From IMG/VR virus record IMGVR_UViG_3300042549_004948, positions 98,470 to 162,469 of that record: a DNA stretch of 64,000 nucleotides, one strand, 5' to 3'. Under the pieces are notes generated by a model, which did no database searches, was not told where the DNA came from, and was given only the letters and a program-made list of their open reading frames with translations. Shown one piece after another: positions 10,247 to 19,155 of the stretch; within the stretch, counting starts at the first letter, position 1, and each line of letters starts with the position of its first letter. Source of the stretch: a virus. The position numbers and the translations under genes were made by a program.

Positions 10247-10512
10247 TAGTTCTTTTTACCGTCTATGATTCTTTTCAATTTCTCTATATAATTAACTGCA
10301 TCCATCAACTCTTCTTGGAGGTGCGTAAGCCAATCTGATAAAGATAGATCTTCTCTATCTAGATCTGTATTATACTTTTTCTTTCCTACCCTTGAGCGAC
10401 TAATAAACTTGTCTAGAACTGAATCTACTATTGAATCAGTTTTAAGAATTGTTCTACTGTTCTCAGGTTTATATTCGGTAATTGTTCCCCAGATTTCTTT
10501 ATTCTTGCTCAT
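10246..10512 (-). CDS. small phage protein, possibly MazG-like NTP pyrophosphohydrolase fold
   Basis: GKKKY...WLTHLQEELMDAVNY acidic helix. Confidence 0.45.
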   Translation of the reverse strand: MSKNKEIWGTITEYKPENSRTILKTDSIVDSVLDKFISRSRVGKKKYNTDLDREDLSLSDWLTHLQEELMDAVNYIEKLKRIIDGKKN

Positions 10513-10738
10513 TCTTAGTTAATTCTTTAGGATAAAACTCTTTGTTAACATGCCCACATTTTACACAAGCAAATGTAGCAATAGGCATTACGCCGTCTTG
10601 TGCATCACCAGTTAAAAATCTACTTACTTTACGTAACATTAAAGCTTCTTGAAATGCGCTACTACCGCATTCTTCACATGTAACACCAGTAGTTTTATCT
10701 AGAGGTATTTTAACTTGTACAGGTTTTTGTTGTTGCAT
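10499..10738 (-). CDS. Zn-ribbon hypothetical protein
   Basis: CEEC...CVKC. Confidence 0.65.
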   Translation of the reverse strand: MQQQKPVQVKIPLDKTTGVTCEECGSSAFQEALMLRKVSRFLTGDAQDGVMPIATFACVKCGHVNKEFYPKELTKNEQE

Positions 10739-10739
10739 T

Positions 10740-10997
10740 TTATTTATTTTTAGTGTTCCAATATAATTCTCTGACTTTAGATCCTAGCTCTTGATCATTA
10801 GGTGTATTATATACCAATTCCTCGCTGATTGTGATTAGTCTTCTACTTTTTTCTTGACTACACATATGAGATTGATAACATCCTTGGCCTGAGCCTTCTA
10901 CGTATCCTATTCTCAAATCAATGTGATCATTAAATCTATATGGGGTATCTTTACCACATATTACGCATTTTTCTATGGGATTGTTGTCTGTATTCAT
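10740..10997 (-). CDS. hypothetical Cys-containing protein
   Basis: CVIC, RIGYVEGSGQGC; operon packing. Confidence 0.6.
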   Translation of the reverse strand: MNTDNNPIEKCVICGKDTPYRFNDHIDLRIGYVEGSGQGCYQSHMCSQEKSRRLITISEELVYNTPNDQELGSKVRELYWNTKNK

Positions 10998-11012
10998 AAC
11001 TGTTTATTTTAG

Positions 11013-11096
11013 TACCTAAGATGGGATTCGAACCCATACGGGCTTTCAGCCCATTTGATTTTAAGTCAAACGCGTATACCGTTCCGCCACTAAGGT
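11013..11096 (-). tRNA. tRNA-Leu(UAA)
   Basis: Anticodon arm TTTGA-CTTAAAA-TCAAA, variable stem GGGCT-GAA-AGCCC, T loop TTCGAAT; one acceptor-stem mismatch; CCA not encoded. Confidence 0.92.
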
Positions 11097-11102
11097 ATAA
11101 AG

Positions 11103-11258
11103 CTATCAGAGAAGGATTCGAACCTTCACGCAGTGATTCGGTAAGAGACAAAATAGCCGGCTTGTGGTCAACCCATATCCATTTACCTATTTCAAACTCT
11201 GCGCCCGCGAGACGGGCGGGTGTGTCTGCCATACTCTAGAGTGTTTCACCATCTGATA
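11103..11258 (-). ncRNA. tRNA-like RNA with 76-nt variable arm and GUC at the anticodon position
   Basis: Acceptor TATCAGA/TCTGATA + G, D stem GTG/CAC, anticodon arm CCCGC-CCGTCTC-GCGGG, T arm GAAGG-TTCGAAT-CCTTC. Confidence 0.8.
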
Positions 11259-11336
11259 ATCTATTATCTAAATATAATACTAAATCTTCTAATTTATTAA
11301 ATAGATCTTTTGAGTATATTAATTAATTTGTAAGAG

Positions 11337-11407
11337 ATGTTCCTTTAGGATTCGAACCTAAACTAAGTGGACCAAAACCACTTGTGCTACCGTTACACCA
11401 AGAAACA
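11337..11407 (-). tRNA. tRNA-Gln(UUG)
   Basis: TGTTTCT/AGGAACA acceptor; AGTGG-TTTTGGT-CCACT anticodon arm; TTAGG-TTCGAAT-CCTAA T arm. Confidence 0.92.
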
Positions 11408-11411
11408 GTGT

Positions 11412-11443
11412 AAAAAAATGGGCAGTTCAATTAAGAACCGCCC
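11412..11443 (-). terminator. intrinsic terminator downstream of tmRNA
   Basis: GGGCGGTTC-TTAATT-GAACTGCCC followed by a T7 tract. Confidence 0.75.
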
Positions 11444-11533
11444 TGTTAAAAGACTTAGCCTGGGGCAGAAAACGTAGGGATCTGTGCTAAATACTATTAT
11501 CTATAATTATCTGTAAATTCAGATAATTTTTTG

Positions 11534-11976
11534 TGGACCTGGAGAGATTCGAACTCTCGTCTCCGATAGAGACAATAATACTAACGTATCACATGCTTAG
11601 TACTGCTTGCGCTGCACCGTACATCAGTTGTTTAATAGGTACAACTAATAAAACCTTGATAGCACGGCTTCGCCCCCTGTATACCGTGTCGTAGAATGCT
11701 TGAGGTACGCCTCAACGTAGCTAGGGAGCCACTCATTCCCACAGTCCTTATTTAACGAGTTGATCGTGAATACTCGGAGTAGTTCTGTTCCTAGGTTACT
11801 CACCCGATGCGGACTAAGCTGCTACAGCTAGGTCGGCGCCTACGAAGTCCATAAGGTCTTCGAAGGTGAATGAAGATAATTCTTCAGCGTTTATTGTTTA
11901 GTATCTTCTAAGGCAGTATACTCAAATGCCTGCATGTAGTATTACCTCAACAACCGGATCAATTCCAGTCAGGCCC
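11534..11976 (-). ncRNA. ssrA: tmRNA
   Basis: 5' GGGCCTG pairs with 3' CAGGTCC-A with G3.U Ala determinant; T arm GAGAG-TTCGAAT-CTCTC; GCATG helix; ATAAAC resume context, then tag ORF 11888-11814 AEELSSFTFEDLMDFVGADLAVAA*. Confidence 0.93.
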
Positions 11977-11989
11977 ATAAGTTAAAGAA

Positions 11990-12226
11990 CTACACACTAT
12001 ATTCAGGAGTTGGTTGTTGCGCCCAATAAGCTTCTTCAAGCTCTAGAGTCCATCCGTCTTCTGCTTCTGAAAGTACTGCAAATCTATCATGCGAGAAAGA
12101 TGTATATCCTTCTGGTACTTCTATTTCTTCTAGTAGATAATTACCGTTAGGAGTTAAAGCTGTAACTGTATACGTAGCTCCTTCTGTCAATAGACCTTCA
12201 TGTCCTTTGATACACATAACTTGCAT
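11990..12226 (-). CDS. hypothetical protein
   Basis: Likely start MQVMCIKG at 12226; the upstream extension overlaps a hairpin. Confidence 0.55.
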   Translation of the reverse strand: MQVMCIKGHEGLLTEGATYTVTALTPNGNYLLEEIEVPEGYTSFSHDRFAVLSEAEDGWTLELEEAYWAQQPTPEYSV

Positions 12227-12306
12227 ATAATAAGTATTTGATTTATTTGTAAAAAGGAGTTTCAACGGTATCCTTTCCGAGCGGTGCCCTCGACATCCCA
12301 TGTAAA

Positions 12307-12459
12307 TTACTTAGCAGAAGCCGTATCTACAGCTTGAGCCGTAGTATCCACAGCTACAGTAGAATCTACAGTTGTAGAGTCAGTAGCAATTTGTTCAGCA
12401 GGGGCTCCACAAGCAGCAAACATAAGTGCGGCTGCGATAACGATCATTACTTTTTTCAT
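12307..12459 (-). CDS. 50-aa lipoprotein rich in D-S/T-x motifs (not in ORF track)
   Basis: MKKVMIVIAAALMFAA-C-GAPAEQIATDSTTVDSTVAVDTTAQAVDTASAK*; signal peptide with lipobox. Confidence 0.85.
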   Translation of the reverse strand: MKKVMIVIAAALMFAACGAPAEQIATDSTTVDSTVAVDTTAQAVDTASAK

Positions 12460-12532
12460 GTTCTATTTTGTTTTGTTATAAGGTAAATATAAGACAGATT
12501 TTTAAAACCATTATTATTTATCTTTATAGTAC

Positions 12533-13771
12533 TTATAAATTTAACTTGCTTCCTATCATAAATGAATTAAGAATTGGCAATTCTTTATTTGTGCTGATTA
12601 ATACTTTAAAGTTTACGTTTACTTTAAATTTTCTAGTTAATTTAAAATCAGTAGCAAATCCAGTTAAAAACATGAGGCTCCTATCTCTAAGTTCTGTTTT
12701 GTTAGTAAAAGAATAGCTATATGGAGAACTGATCATAAATATATCCGGGATTATGATTTTTCTTTTAAACTGTATTGGACGCATAGCAAAACATATAATT
12801 GACGGGGCTAAGCTATATTGACCTGTATTTAATAGTGTGCTGTTAAAACTAATATTATATCCAGTGATTAATTTATCGATAGGTTGCACATAGGTATATG
12901 CAGCAAACATCATATGATTTTTAAAATCTGTAAAGTATGTATTACTAAATGTGTGTACTGCTTCTAATTGACCTACGCTATTTGTTTCATTTTTACTATA
13001 TCTAGCTCCAATTGCAATTTTACTAAGGTCCATAAATATAGTTGATGATATACCCCAACTAGACATTCCAGTAAATGATGATTGAGAAATTCCTACATTC
13101 ATAGTAGGTACTATATTTTTTTGTGGAGGTTGTTCTGCAAAAGATAAATCAGCAGATACTATAACAGGATTTATTGATTGAAGTTTTTCTTTTTTGCTAT
13201 CTTTCTTTTCTTCTTTCTTTTCTTCTTGTTTTTGCTCTTCTTTTTTTTCTTCACTTTTAGATTCACTCTTACTTTCACTCTTACTTTCAGTTTTAGATTC
13301 AGAAGATGTACTTTTAGATTCAGAAGATGTTGAACTAGAAGATCCGCTAGAAGATGAACTTGTAGATGGAGAAGCAGAAGGACTAGAAACAGAGGCTGAT
13401 GCGCTAGATGATGCTGAACTAGAAGCGGCGCTTGAGGCGGCTGAACTTGCAGCCGATGATGCAGCCGATGATGCAGCTTGAACTGCAGATTGTGTAACTA
13501 CTTGAGCAGTTTGTTGATTAACAGGACATGGCTTAGAAAATATAGACTTTATCCATAAGTCTACTGAACCAGATCTAAAATCGTTTACTGTAAATATTTT
13601 GCTCTCACTTCTAATTACAATTAGAACTCCAATATTTGTTAGTGGAAAAGATACTGTATAAATCTTATTATCACAAGGATCAACATAGACGTTTGTAATA
13701 GTTTGGCTTTTAGCATTACCGGCTAATAATATTAAAACTAATATTGTTAAACTTGTAATCCATGTTTTCAC
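12533..13771 (-). CDS. exported protein with Ser/Ala/Glu/Lys linker and probable C-terminal outer-membrane beta-barrel
   Basis: Signal peptide; SAAS/SES low-complexity linker; alternating beta-strands ending MIGSKLNL. Confidence 0.6.
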   Translation of the reverse strand: MKTWITSLTILVLILLAGNAKSQTITNVYVDPCDNKIYTVSFPLTNIGVLIVIRSESKIFTVNDFRSGSVDLWIKSIFSKPCPVNQQTAQVVTQSAVQAASSAASSAASSAASSAASSSASSSASASVSSPSASPSTSSSSSGSSSSTSSESKSTSSESKTESKSESKSESKSEEKKEEQKQEEKKEEKKDSKKEKLQSINPVIVSADLSFAEQPPQKNIVPTMNVGISQSSFTGMSSWGISSTIFMDLSKIAIGARYSKNETNSVGQLEAVHTFSNTYFTDFKNHMMFAAYTYVQPIDKLITGYNISFNSTLLNTGQYSLAPSIICFAMRPIQFKRKIIIPDIFMISSPYSYSFTNKTELRDRSLMFLTGFATDFKLTRKFKVNVNFKVLISTNKELPILNSFMIGSKLNL

Positions 13772-13775
13772 TTAA

Positions 13776-14504
13776 CTAGTTTTTGAATATTGCTTTTTTA
13801 ATCATTCTATCTAATATATTTGCGCATGCTATGTCTAAAGCTTTTTTAGTAGCAATAGAAATGGTAGATTGATTAAACTTAATAGGATCTATAGAATCAT
13901 CTGAAAGTAATGTTAACTCTCTAGTAGTTTTTGCTTCGCCTAATCCTGATGCACCAAAGACTATCCCTGTTTCTGCATTAGTAAAACGTACTTGTAAACC
14001 AAGTCTAGTTACCATATTATCTTTAATCCCATCTTTTAAATTAATAGTTTCGTCTTCTGATATAGAATAGTCATAAACTTCAATAGTTACGAAGTATTCA
14101 GCTAAGTTAATTTTACCTCTGCCATCTAATTTATTCTCACTAATACCAGCTTGAGAAGCCTGGAATTGTTTTACCATTCTATTTTTAATCTCAGTTTTAT
14201 CTTCTGTAAATTTAAACCTATTTAAGTTTTCTAAATATTCCATAGAAATATTAGCAACTCCTAAACCAACTCTCTTTTCTTTAAGTTCAGGATACATTTC
14301 GTATATTTCGTCAGAAATACCGCATTTTAATATTTGAATTGGAATCTGAGGTCCTTCGTAATCAAGGTAGGCAGATATATCTTTCTTTTTTTCAAAATCT
14401 GCTTTAAACTCTTCTGTTTTTGTAGATCCTATTACTTGACAGCGTGCTGTTTTATTTAGTAGAAATATGTTTAATAGACATAAAATCACTATAAAGTATT
14501 TCAT
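13776..14504 (-). CDS. CsgG/HfaB-like exported protein
   Basis: Signal peptide; LENLNRFKFTE, KINLAEYFVTIEVYDYS, RLGLQVRFTNAETGIVFGASG match the CsgG/TolB-N-like pattern. Confidence 0.6.
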   Translation of the reverse strand: MKYFIVILCLLNIFLLNKTARCQVIGSTKTEEFKADFEKKKDISAYLDYEGPQIPIQILKCGISDEIYEMYPELKEKRVGLGVANISMEYLENLNRFKFTEDKTEIKNRMVKQFQASQAGISENKLDGRGKINLAEYFVTIEVYDYSISEDETINLKDGIKDNMVTRLGLQVRFTNAETGIVFGASGLGEAKTTRELTLLSDDSIDPIKFNQSTISIATKKALDIACANILDRMIKKAIFKN

Positions 14505-14533
14505 ATTACGTAGTTTTATCTACGTATAAATAT

Positions 14534-14558
14534 AAAAAAAGGGAGTATTTAGCTCCCT
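14534..14558 (-). terminator. intrinsic terminator after TBDR-lipoprotein pair
   Basis: AGGGAG-CTAAATA-CTCCCT followed by a T tract. Confidence 0.7.
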
Positions 14559-14566
14559 AATATTTA

Positions 14567-15769
14567 TTAATGTCCCTTATTTGGGAATCTAGTCCATCCA
14601 ACTGTCCAACCAGGTTTTGACAGTGTTTCCATTTCGTTTTTAGTATAAGACACTTCTTTATTTCCTTGACTCAATGCTTTTGTTTTCATTTCTGATGCAA
14701 TTATTACAGCAGATGTAGATCTAAAATTTTGTAATGGATCAAATGCTTGTACTTCGTTATTTTCAAACTTGCTGACTCCATCTTTATAAGCTTGAGCAGT
14801 TTCATTTGACTCTATACTAAAGCCGCCTTTCATGTAACCTAGTATCTTGGAGTTAGTTATTGTGAATTGGGTGGCTCTCCTCCACCTCAATCCTAAGTTA
14901 TGATTGGTTATTGAGTTAGCATCAAAAGGGCCTACCAGAATCATCCCAATTAGCTTTGGGTGAGTAAATGGCTGCGCGCTTGATCCTGTTCCATCATTAT
15001 CGCATTCTACACCATTACCAGCATCTCCATTATCTACAAATTGAGGATCGCGTTTTGATACTCCGTTTGTTACAGTTCCAGTATATCCAAAGTCAAAGTC
15101 GAAGTCATCGTCTGCTGTAGCATACGCATATAAGTTCTTAGGTGATACTGTGCCTCCAAAAAATTCAAAGGCATCGTCGTTAGCGTAGATAGTTTGGACA
15201 TTTTCGATTGTAGTACCTGATCCTACTGCACCTAAAGTTAATCCATTGATTTCTGAGTTTGGTAGTGCAGCTATGCCTGCATATTCTATACGAATATACT
15301 TTAATATACCACTATTATCATTATCATTCATACCACCATAAGGTCTACCAATACCACCTTCAATAGTTGGTTCAGCCGATCTATTTGTTTTAGCGCGGCC
15401 TAGTATTACAATACCTCCCCAATCTCCAGGAGTTTTTTCTCCTTCAGGTTTTCCTGATGTAAACACGATAGGTTTTGATACGGTTCCTTCTGCAATTATT
15501 TGTGCGCCTCTTTCAATACATAGTGCACCTTTCTCAGCAATATCACTTATTATAGTAGTGCCAGGCTGAATGATTAATCTAGCACCATCAGTTACATACA
15601 CGTATCCTTTGAGTGTCCATACTTTGTCTGATGTTAAAGTAGTTGTAGTATTAATGTTACCACTCAATGTAGTTACAGAAGGTACGTTGATAGGTTGCGC
15701 GTCGCCGCCTAGTTCTTTAGTGCAACTGAAGATACTGGTAGCAATTAGTAATAAGAAAAGCTTTTTCAT
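14567..15769 (-). CDS. beta-helix surface lipoprotein of the type paired with TonB-dependent receptors
   Basis: Lipobox IFSC; PGDWGGIVILG, NSGILKYIRIEYAG, DDAFEFFGG, DDDFDFDFGY. Confidence 0.8.
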   Translation of the reverse strand: MKKLFLLLIATSIFSCTKELGGDAQPINVPSVTTLSGNINTTTTLTSDKVWTLKGYVYVTDGARLIIQPGTTIISDIAEKGALCIERGAQIIAEGTVSKPIVFTSGKPEGEKTPGDWGGIVILGRAKTNRSAEPTIEGGIGRPYGGMNDNDNSGILKYIRIEYAGIAALPNSEINGLTLGAVGSGTTIENVQTIYANDDAFEFFGGTVSPKNLYAYATADDDFDFDFGYTGTVTNGVSKRDPQFVDNGDAGNGVECDNDGTGSSAQPFTHPKLIGMILVGPFDANSITNHNLGLRWRRATQFTITNSKILGYMKGGFSIESNETAQAYKDGVSKFENNEVQAFDPLQNFRSTSAVIIASEMKTKALSQGNKEVSYTKNEMETLSKPGWTVGWTRFPNKGH

Positions 15770-18018
15770 AAGTTTACGTTTAGTGTTAATGAGACTGTTT
15801 GTTCATTGTTTATTTTTATTAAGTCGCCTCTATTCTTTTGATAATATCTAGAAGGCTGAGCTAATACATCTGATATGGCTAATTTTATTTCAGCTTTCTT
15901 TATCTTTCTAAGATACACAATATCTACTACGTCTCTAGAATTTTCAAATATATCTGAATAACCTTGAAAACCTACTGCAGATATTCTATCTCCGACTCTA
16001 TTGTATGTTACATTTAATGTGTTAGAGTTTTTGTGTAAATTTAATCCTCCATTGATAATATAATTAGACTGACCTTGTAGTTGTCTTTTAGATCCATTTA
16101 CATTTACTTGTGATGTCATGATCGATGTATTAGCGTAGAAGTCCATCCAGCAAGTCATTTTCTTTCTTACTTCTATTTCTACACCATACAAATGTGCTTG
16201 ATCTGGGTTCATATAAGTTAACAGTAAGTTTGAAGGAACAGATCCATCTGCTACGATTTGTTCGATAGGTTTTATGAATTGCTTACCAAATACTCCAATA
16301 GATATTGTTTCACCGGCTTTAGGATAGTATTCCCATTTTAGATCTATATTGTAAACATCAGACTTTTCTAATTTCGAGTTACCTAGTAGTTGTGCATTTC
16401 TAATAAAGTCATAGTAAGCAAAGTTAGCTACTTCTCTAAATTCTGGTCTTGCTAAGGTTTTGCTTATAGAAAACCTCTTCTTAATTCTGTCTACTGTTTT
16501 TGATATATTTAATGAAGGTAAAAAGTCTAAATACTTTCTGTCTACATTTACTTTTTGCCCACTAAAATCTGCTGTGTTAACTGTGAATACATTATACTCT
16601 GTTCTTAGGCCCGTGTTTAACTTCCAGTCTCCAAACTCTCTATCGTACATGATATAACCAGTCATCAAATCGAAATCAGCTTTATATCTGTCTGTGTTGT
16701 TTGTTATTTCGTTCATCAAGTCAGAAGCTTCGTATCTAAATACTCTTGCTTGAAACTGTCTAATCTTTTTTAAATAATTAGAACCTATCTTAATATTGTT
16801 AAATTGTTTGTTAACGCTTGCATTGAAACTATTTTCATTCATTACACTCCAAAATCTGTAAGTATCTCTCCAAGCTATGGAATAGTTTTGATTTGTTCCT
16901 AATGATTTAGTAATAGGATTTACTCTATAATCAGGTTGATCTCTCAACATTAAGTTATAACCTATATTAAAATCAACAGTCTTGATCTTAGTATCGAATT
17001 GAGAATTAAGAACAGTCTTTACTATTTTATTACTCGATGTACTTCTAACGTCTTGAACGTTGTCGTAGTTCTCACCGAACCTGGTAAGATAGGATTGTTC
17101 TGTTTGATGATTGAATAAAGTTTTTAGACTATATCTATACTTTCCTATGTAAGTAATATTCAAAAGAGAATTAACAGATTCTATTTGTGTGTAAGAAGTG
17201 TCTCTGTATTTGTACGCAAGCTCTGTAGAAGATTGATAGTCTAATCTATCGATGTAATTTAAAGTGTGAGATCTCCTTCCTGTAGAACTCAATAAAGCAT
17301 TCCATTTATTTTTATTAATTCCAAATGAAAGTGATCCATTATAATTAGGGCTAGATGTAAAACTTTTTGGTTCATAAGATTGAAGCATCTTTGTGTATGC
17401 TCTTCTATCTCCTAAACTACCGACTCTAAAGTTATACGTAGAAGGAAACGCGGAAGGGAATTTAGCTCCTTGTACTAACTTGAAGCCTTTCGAAGTTGAA
17501 ACTAAACCCCAACCGGTTCCTAGAGAAATATTTAAAAAACTATTAGATACATCTTTAGTTGTTATTTGAATTAATCCGCCAGAAAAATCTCCGGGTAGAT
17601 TTGCTGCAGCAGACTTTGCTACAACTATATTGTCTATTAAGTTAGAAGGAACTATATCAAAAGAGAAAGCTCTTCTATCTGGTTCTGTTGATGGAAGCAG
17701 GGTTTTATTTAGTAAGGCTGAATTGTATCTATCCGCTAGCCCTCTAACTAAAACGAATTTATCGTTTTGAATAGTAACTCCGTTAATTCTTTTTAAAGCA
17801 TCACCTACAGTTCTATCAGGAGTCTTTTTTATATACTCTATAGATATTCCGTCTGATACTACAGAACTATTTTTGATGGAGTTAATTACCGCTAAATTAC
17901 TTTCTTTCTTGGCTACTGACTTTACTGTTATCTCTCTTAAATTTTTATTGAAAACTGTATCTTGAGAGTATGCTAAAATAGGAAACAGCGAAACAAAAAT
18001 AAAAAACGACTTAATCAT
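15766..18018 (-). CDS. TonB-dependent outer-membrane receptor
   Basis: Signal peptide; plug motifs VGDALKRINGVTI, VRGLADRYN, FSFDIVPSNLID, GDFSGG; barrel ARPEFRE, GNSKL. Confidence 0.92.
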   Translation of the reverse strand: MIKSFFIFVSLFPILAYSQDTVFNKNLREITVKSVAKKESNLAVINSIKNSSVVSDGISIEYIKKTPDRTVGDALKRINGVTIQNDKFVLVRGLADRYNSALLNKTLLPSTEPDRRAFSFDIVPSNLIDNIVVAKSAAANLPGDFSGGLIQITTKDVSNSFLNISLGTGWGLVSTSKGFKLVQGAKFPSAFPSTYNFRVGSLGDRRAYTKMLQSYEPKSFTSSPNYNGSLSFGINKNKWNALLSSTGRRSHTLNYIDRLDYQSSTELAYKYRDTSYTQIESVNSLLNITYIGKYRYSLKTLFNHQTEQSYLTRFGENYDNVQDVRSTSSNKIVKTVLNSQFDTKIKTVDFNIGYNLMLRDQPDYRVNPITKSLGTNQNYSIAWRDTYRFWSVMNENSFNASVNKQFNNIKIGSNYLKKIRQFQARVFRYEASDLMNEITNNTDRYKADFDLMTGYIMYDREFGDWKLNTGLRTEYNVFTVNTADFSGQKVNVDRKYLDFLPSLNISKTVDRIKKRFSISKTLARPEFREVANFAYYDFIRNAQLLGNSKLEKSDVYNIDLKWEYYPKAGETISIGVFGKQFIKPIEQIVADGSVPSNLLLTYMNPDQAHLYGVEIEVRKKMTCWMDFYANTSIMTSQVNVNGSKRQLQGQSNYIINGGLNLHKNSNTLNVTYNRVGDRISAVGFQGYSDIFENSRDVVDIVYLRKIKKAEIKLAISDVLAQPSRYYQKNRGDLIKINNEQTVSLTLNVNL

Positions 18019-18126
18019 TATTAAGGATTGTTAGTACCTTTATAATTATTAAGCCGCTTTTTAGGTGGGCTATTTATTGTGTTATTAAATTATTAACTAA
18101 TTTTAAAATTTTTATTAATTAACTTT

Positions 18127-18366
18127 TTACTCTCCACTTTTTTTATTTATAAATTTATCAACAGAAGCTATACCAAAGCAAGCGATTGTTAATATTTTAA
18201 ATGAATCAAAAATAAACTCATTTATAAGTAGCGGTTTATTCATAGCTCCTGTTATGATGTCTGTAATAGCAAACATACACATCATTAAGAAAGCTGCGAA
18301 TCCTATAACTGCTTTTTCATTGATAGAATTACTATCATTGAAAAGATCGTGAAAAAATTTTTTCAT
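18127..18366 (-). CDS. small two-TM membrane protein, possible holin
   Basis: Two hydrophobic segments and a charged C-terminus; near the endolysin. Confidence 0.45.
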   Translation of the reverse strand: MKKFFHDLFNDSNSINEKAVIGFAAFLMMCMFAITDIITGAMNKPLLINEFIFDSFKILTIACFGIASVDKFINKKSGE

Positions 18367-18406
18367 TTCAATAATTTTAATTTATTTAATATCGATAACT
18401 TTATTC

Positions 18407-18829
18407 TTACTCTTTTATTTTTCCGCATTTTAAACATTCCAAATCACCATCATTATCAAAATCTCCCCAAACGTGTTCACATTGTCTATGCGCGAAGTAC
18501 TCATCAATTTTACCATCGCCATCGAAATCTAATCCATCCATTACACCATCTCCATCTTCATCAATTTCAACGCACCCTCTTGCTTCGGCACTTACACCCA
18601 CTTCTGCGGTTGCTGCAACAGATGTATCCGTTATCTCAACACCCACACTTGCGTGAGCCTCACCAGTAACCTCAACGGTTAATTCTACACCATCAACAGT
18701 AGTACTTACTGAAGATGAATCTTCAACACTCGCACCATCTTGTGGGTCTGCAGTGATTTGGCCACCACCAGTTTCAAATCCAATTTTTAGACCGTTATCT
18801 TCCTGTGCTTTTTTTACTTCTTCTGACAT
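18407..18829 (-). CDS. acidic protein with DxDGDG Ca-binding-like loops and C-terminal Cys/His cluster
   Basis: DEDGDG, DFDGDG, DNDGD; CEH...CLKC. Confidence 0.6.
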   Translation of the reverse strand: MSEEVKKAQEDNGLKIGFETGGGQITADPQDGASVEDSSSVSTTVDGVELTVEVTGEAHASVGVEITDTSVAATAEVGVSAEARGCVEIDEDGDGVMDGLDFDGDGKIDEYFAHRQCEHVWGDFDNDGDLECLKCGKIKE

Positions 18830-18844
18830 ATTTTTAATATTATA

Positions 18845-19153
18845 TTACCACAGCGGTTCTTTTTCTTTAAATTCGTCTCCTTCTTTTTTCTTAGGTTTAG
18901 CTGTAGCTTCTTTTACTGTTTCTTTTTCTTTAATAATAATAGTTTTCCCTCCAGCTGCTTGCTGCTGTTGTTGAGTATTGTTAATAATAATACTAGGTTG
19001 AGCTTGTACTGGTTGAGCGGTATCGTTTCCGCCACCAAACAATGTTGATCCTAACCAAGCCCCACCGGCTGTTACAACTGTAGCTAACGTACCTACAATA
19101 GTTTTTTTTAGCCCAGTCCAAGTTCCTTCTTGCTGATTTGTTTCTTCTGACAT
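18845..19153 (-). CDS. membrane-anchored hypothetical protein
   Basis: One TM segment, Q-rich linker. Confidence 0.6.
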   Translation of the reverse strand: MSEETNQQEGTWTGLKKTIVGTLATVVTAGGAWLGSTLFGGGNDTAQPVQAQPSIIINNTQQQQQAAGGKTIIIKEKETVKEATAKPKKKEGDEFKEKEPLW

Positions 19154-19155
19154 AG

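Noticed and set aside
10951-11239. ORFs 10951-11232 (-) and 11021-11239 (+)
   Set aside because: They overlap tRNA-Leu and the tRNA-like RNA
11450-11495. Weak stem-loop between tmRNA and its terminator
   Set aside because: Short imperfect pairing and no recognisable family
12250-12300. GC-rich element GGGATGTCGAGGGCACC...GTTGAAACTCC-T5 as a Y RNA, SRP RNA or ribozyme
   Set aside because: Too short and lacks full consensus motifs; an imperfect terminator after the lipoprotein gene explains it
13190-13480. Short 12-18 bp repeats
   Set aside because: They encode the Ser/Ala/Glu/Lys linker and are not an array
18070-18125. Pho-box-like TAA(T/C)A repeats 11 bp apart upstream of the TonB receptor
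   Set aside because: The region is almost pure AT, so the pattern cannot be told from chance by eye
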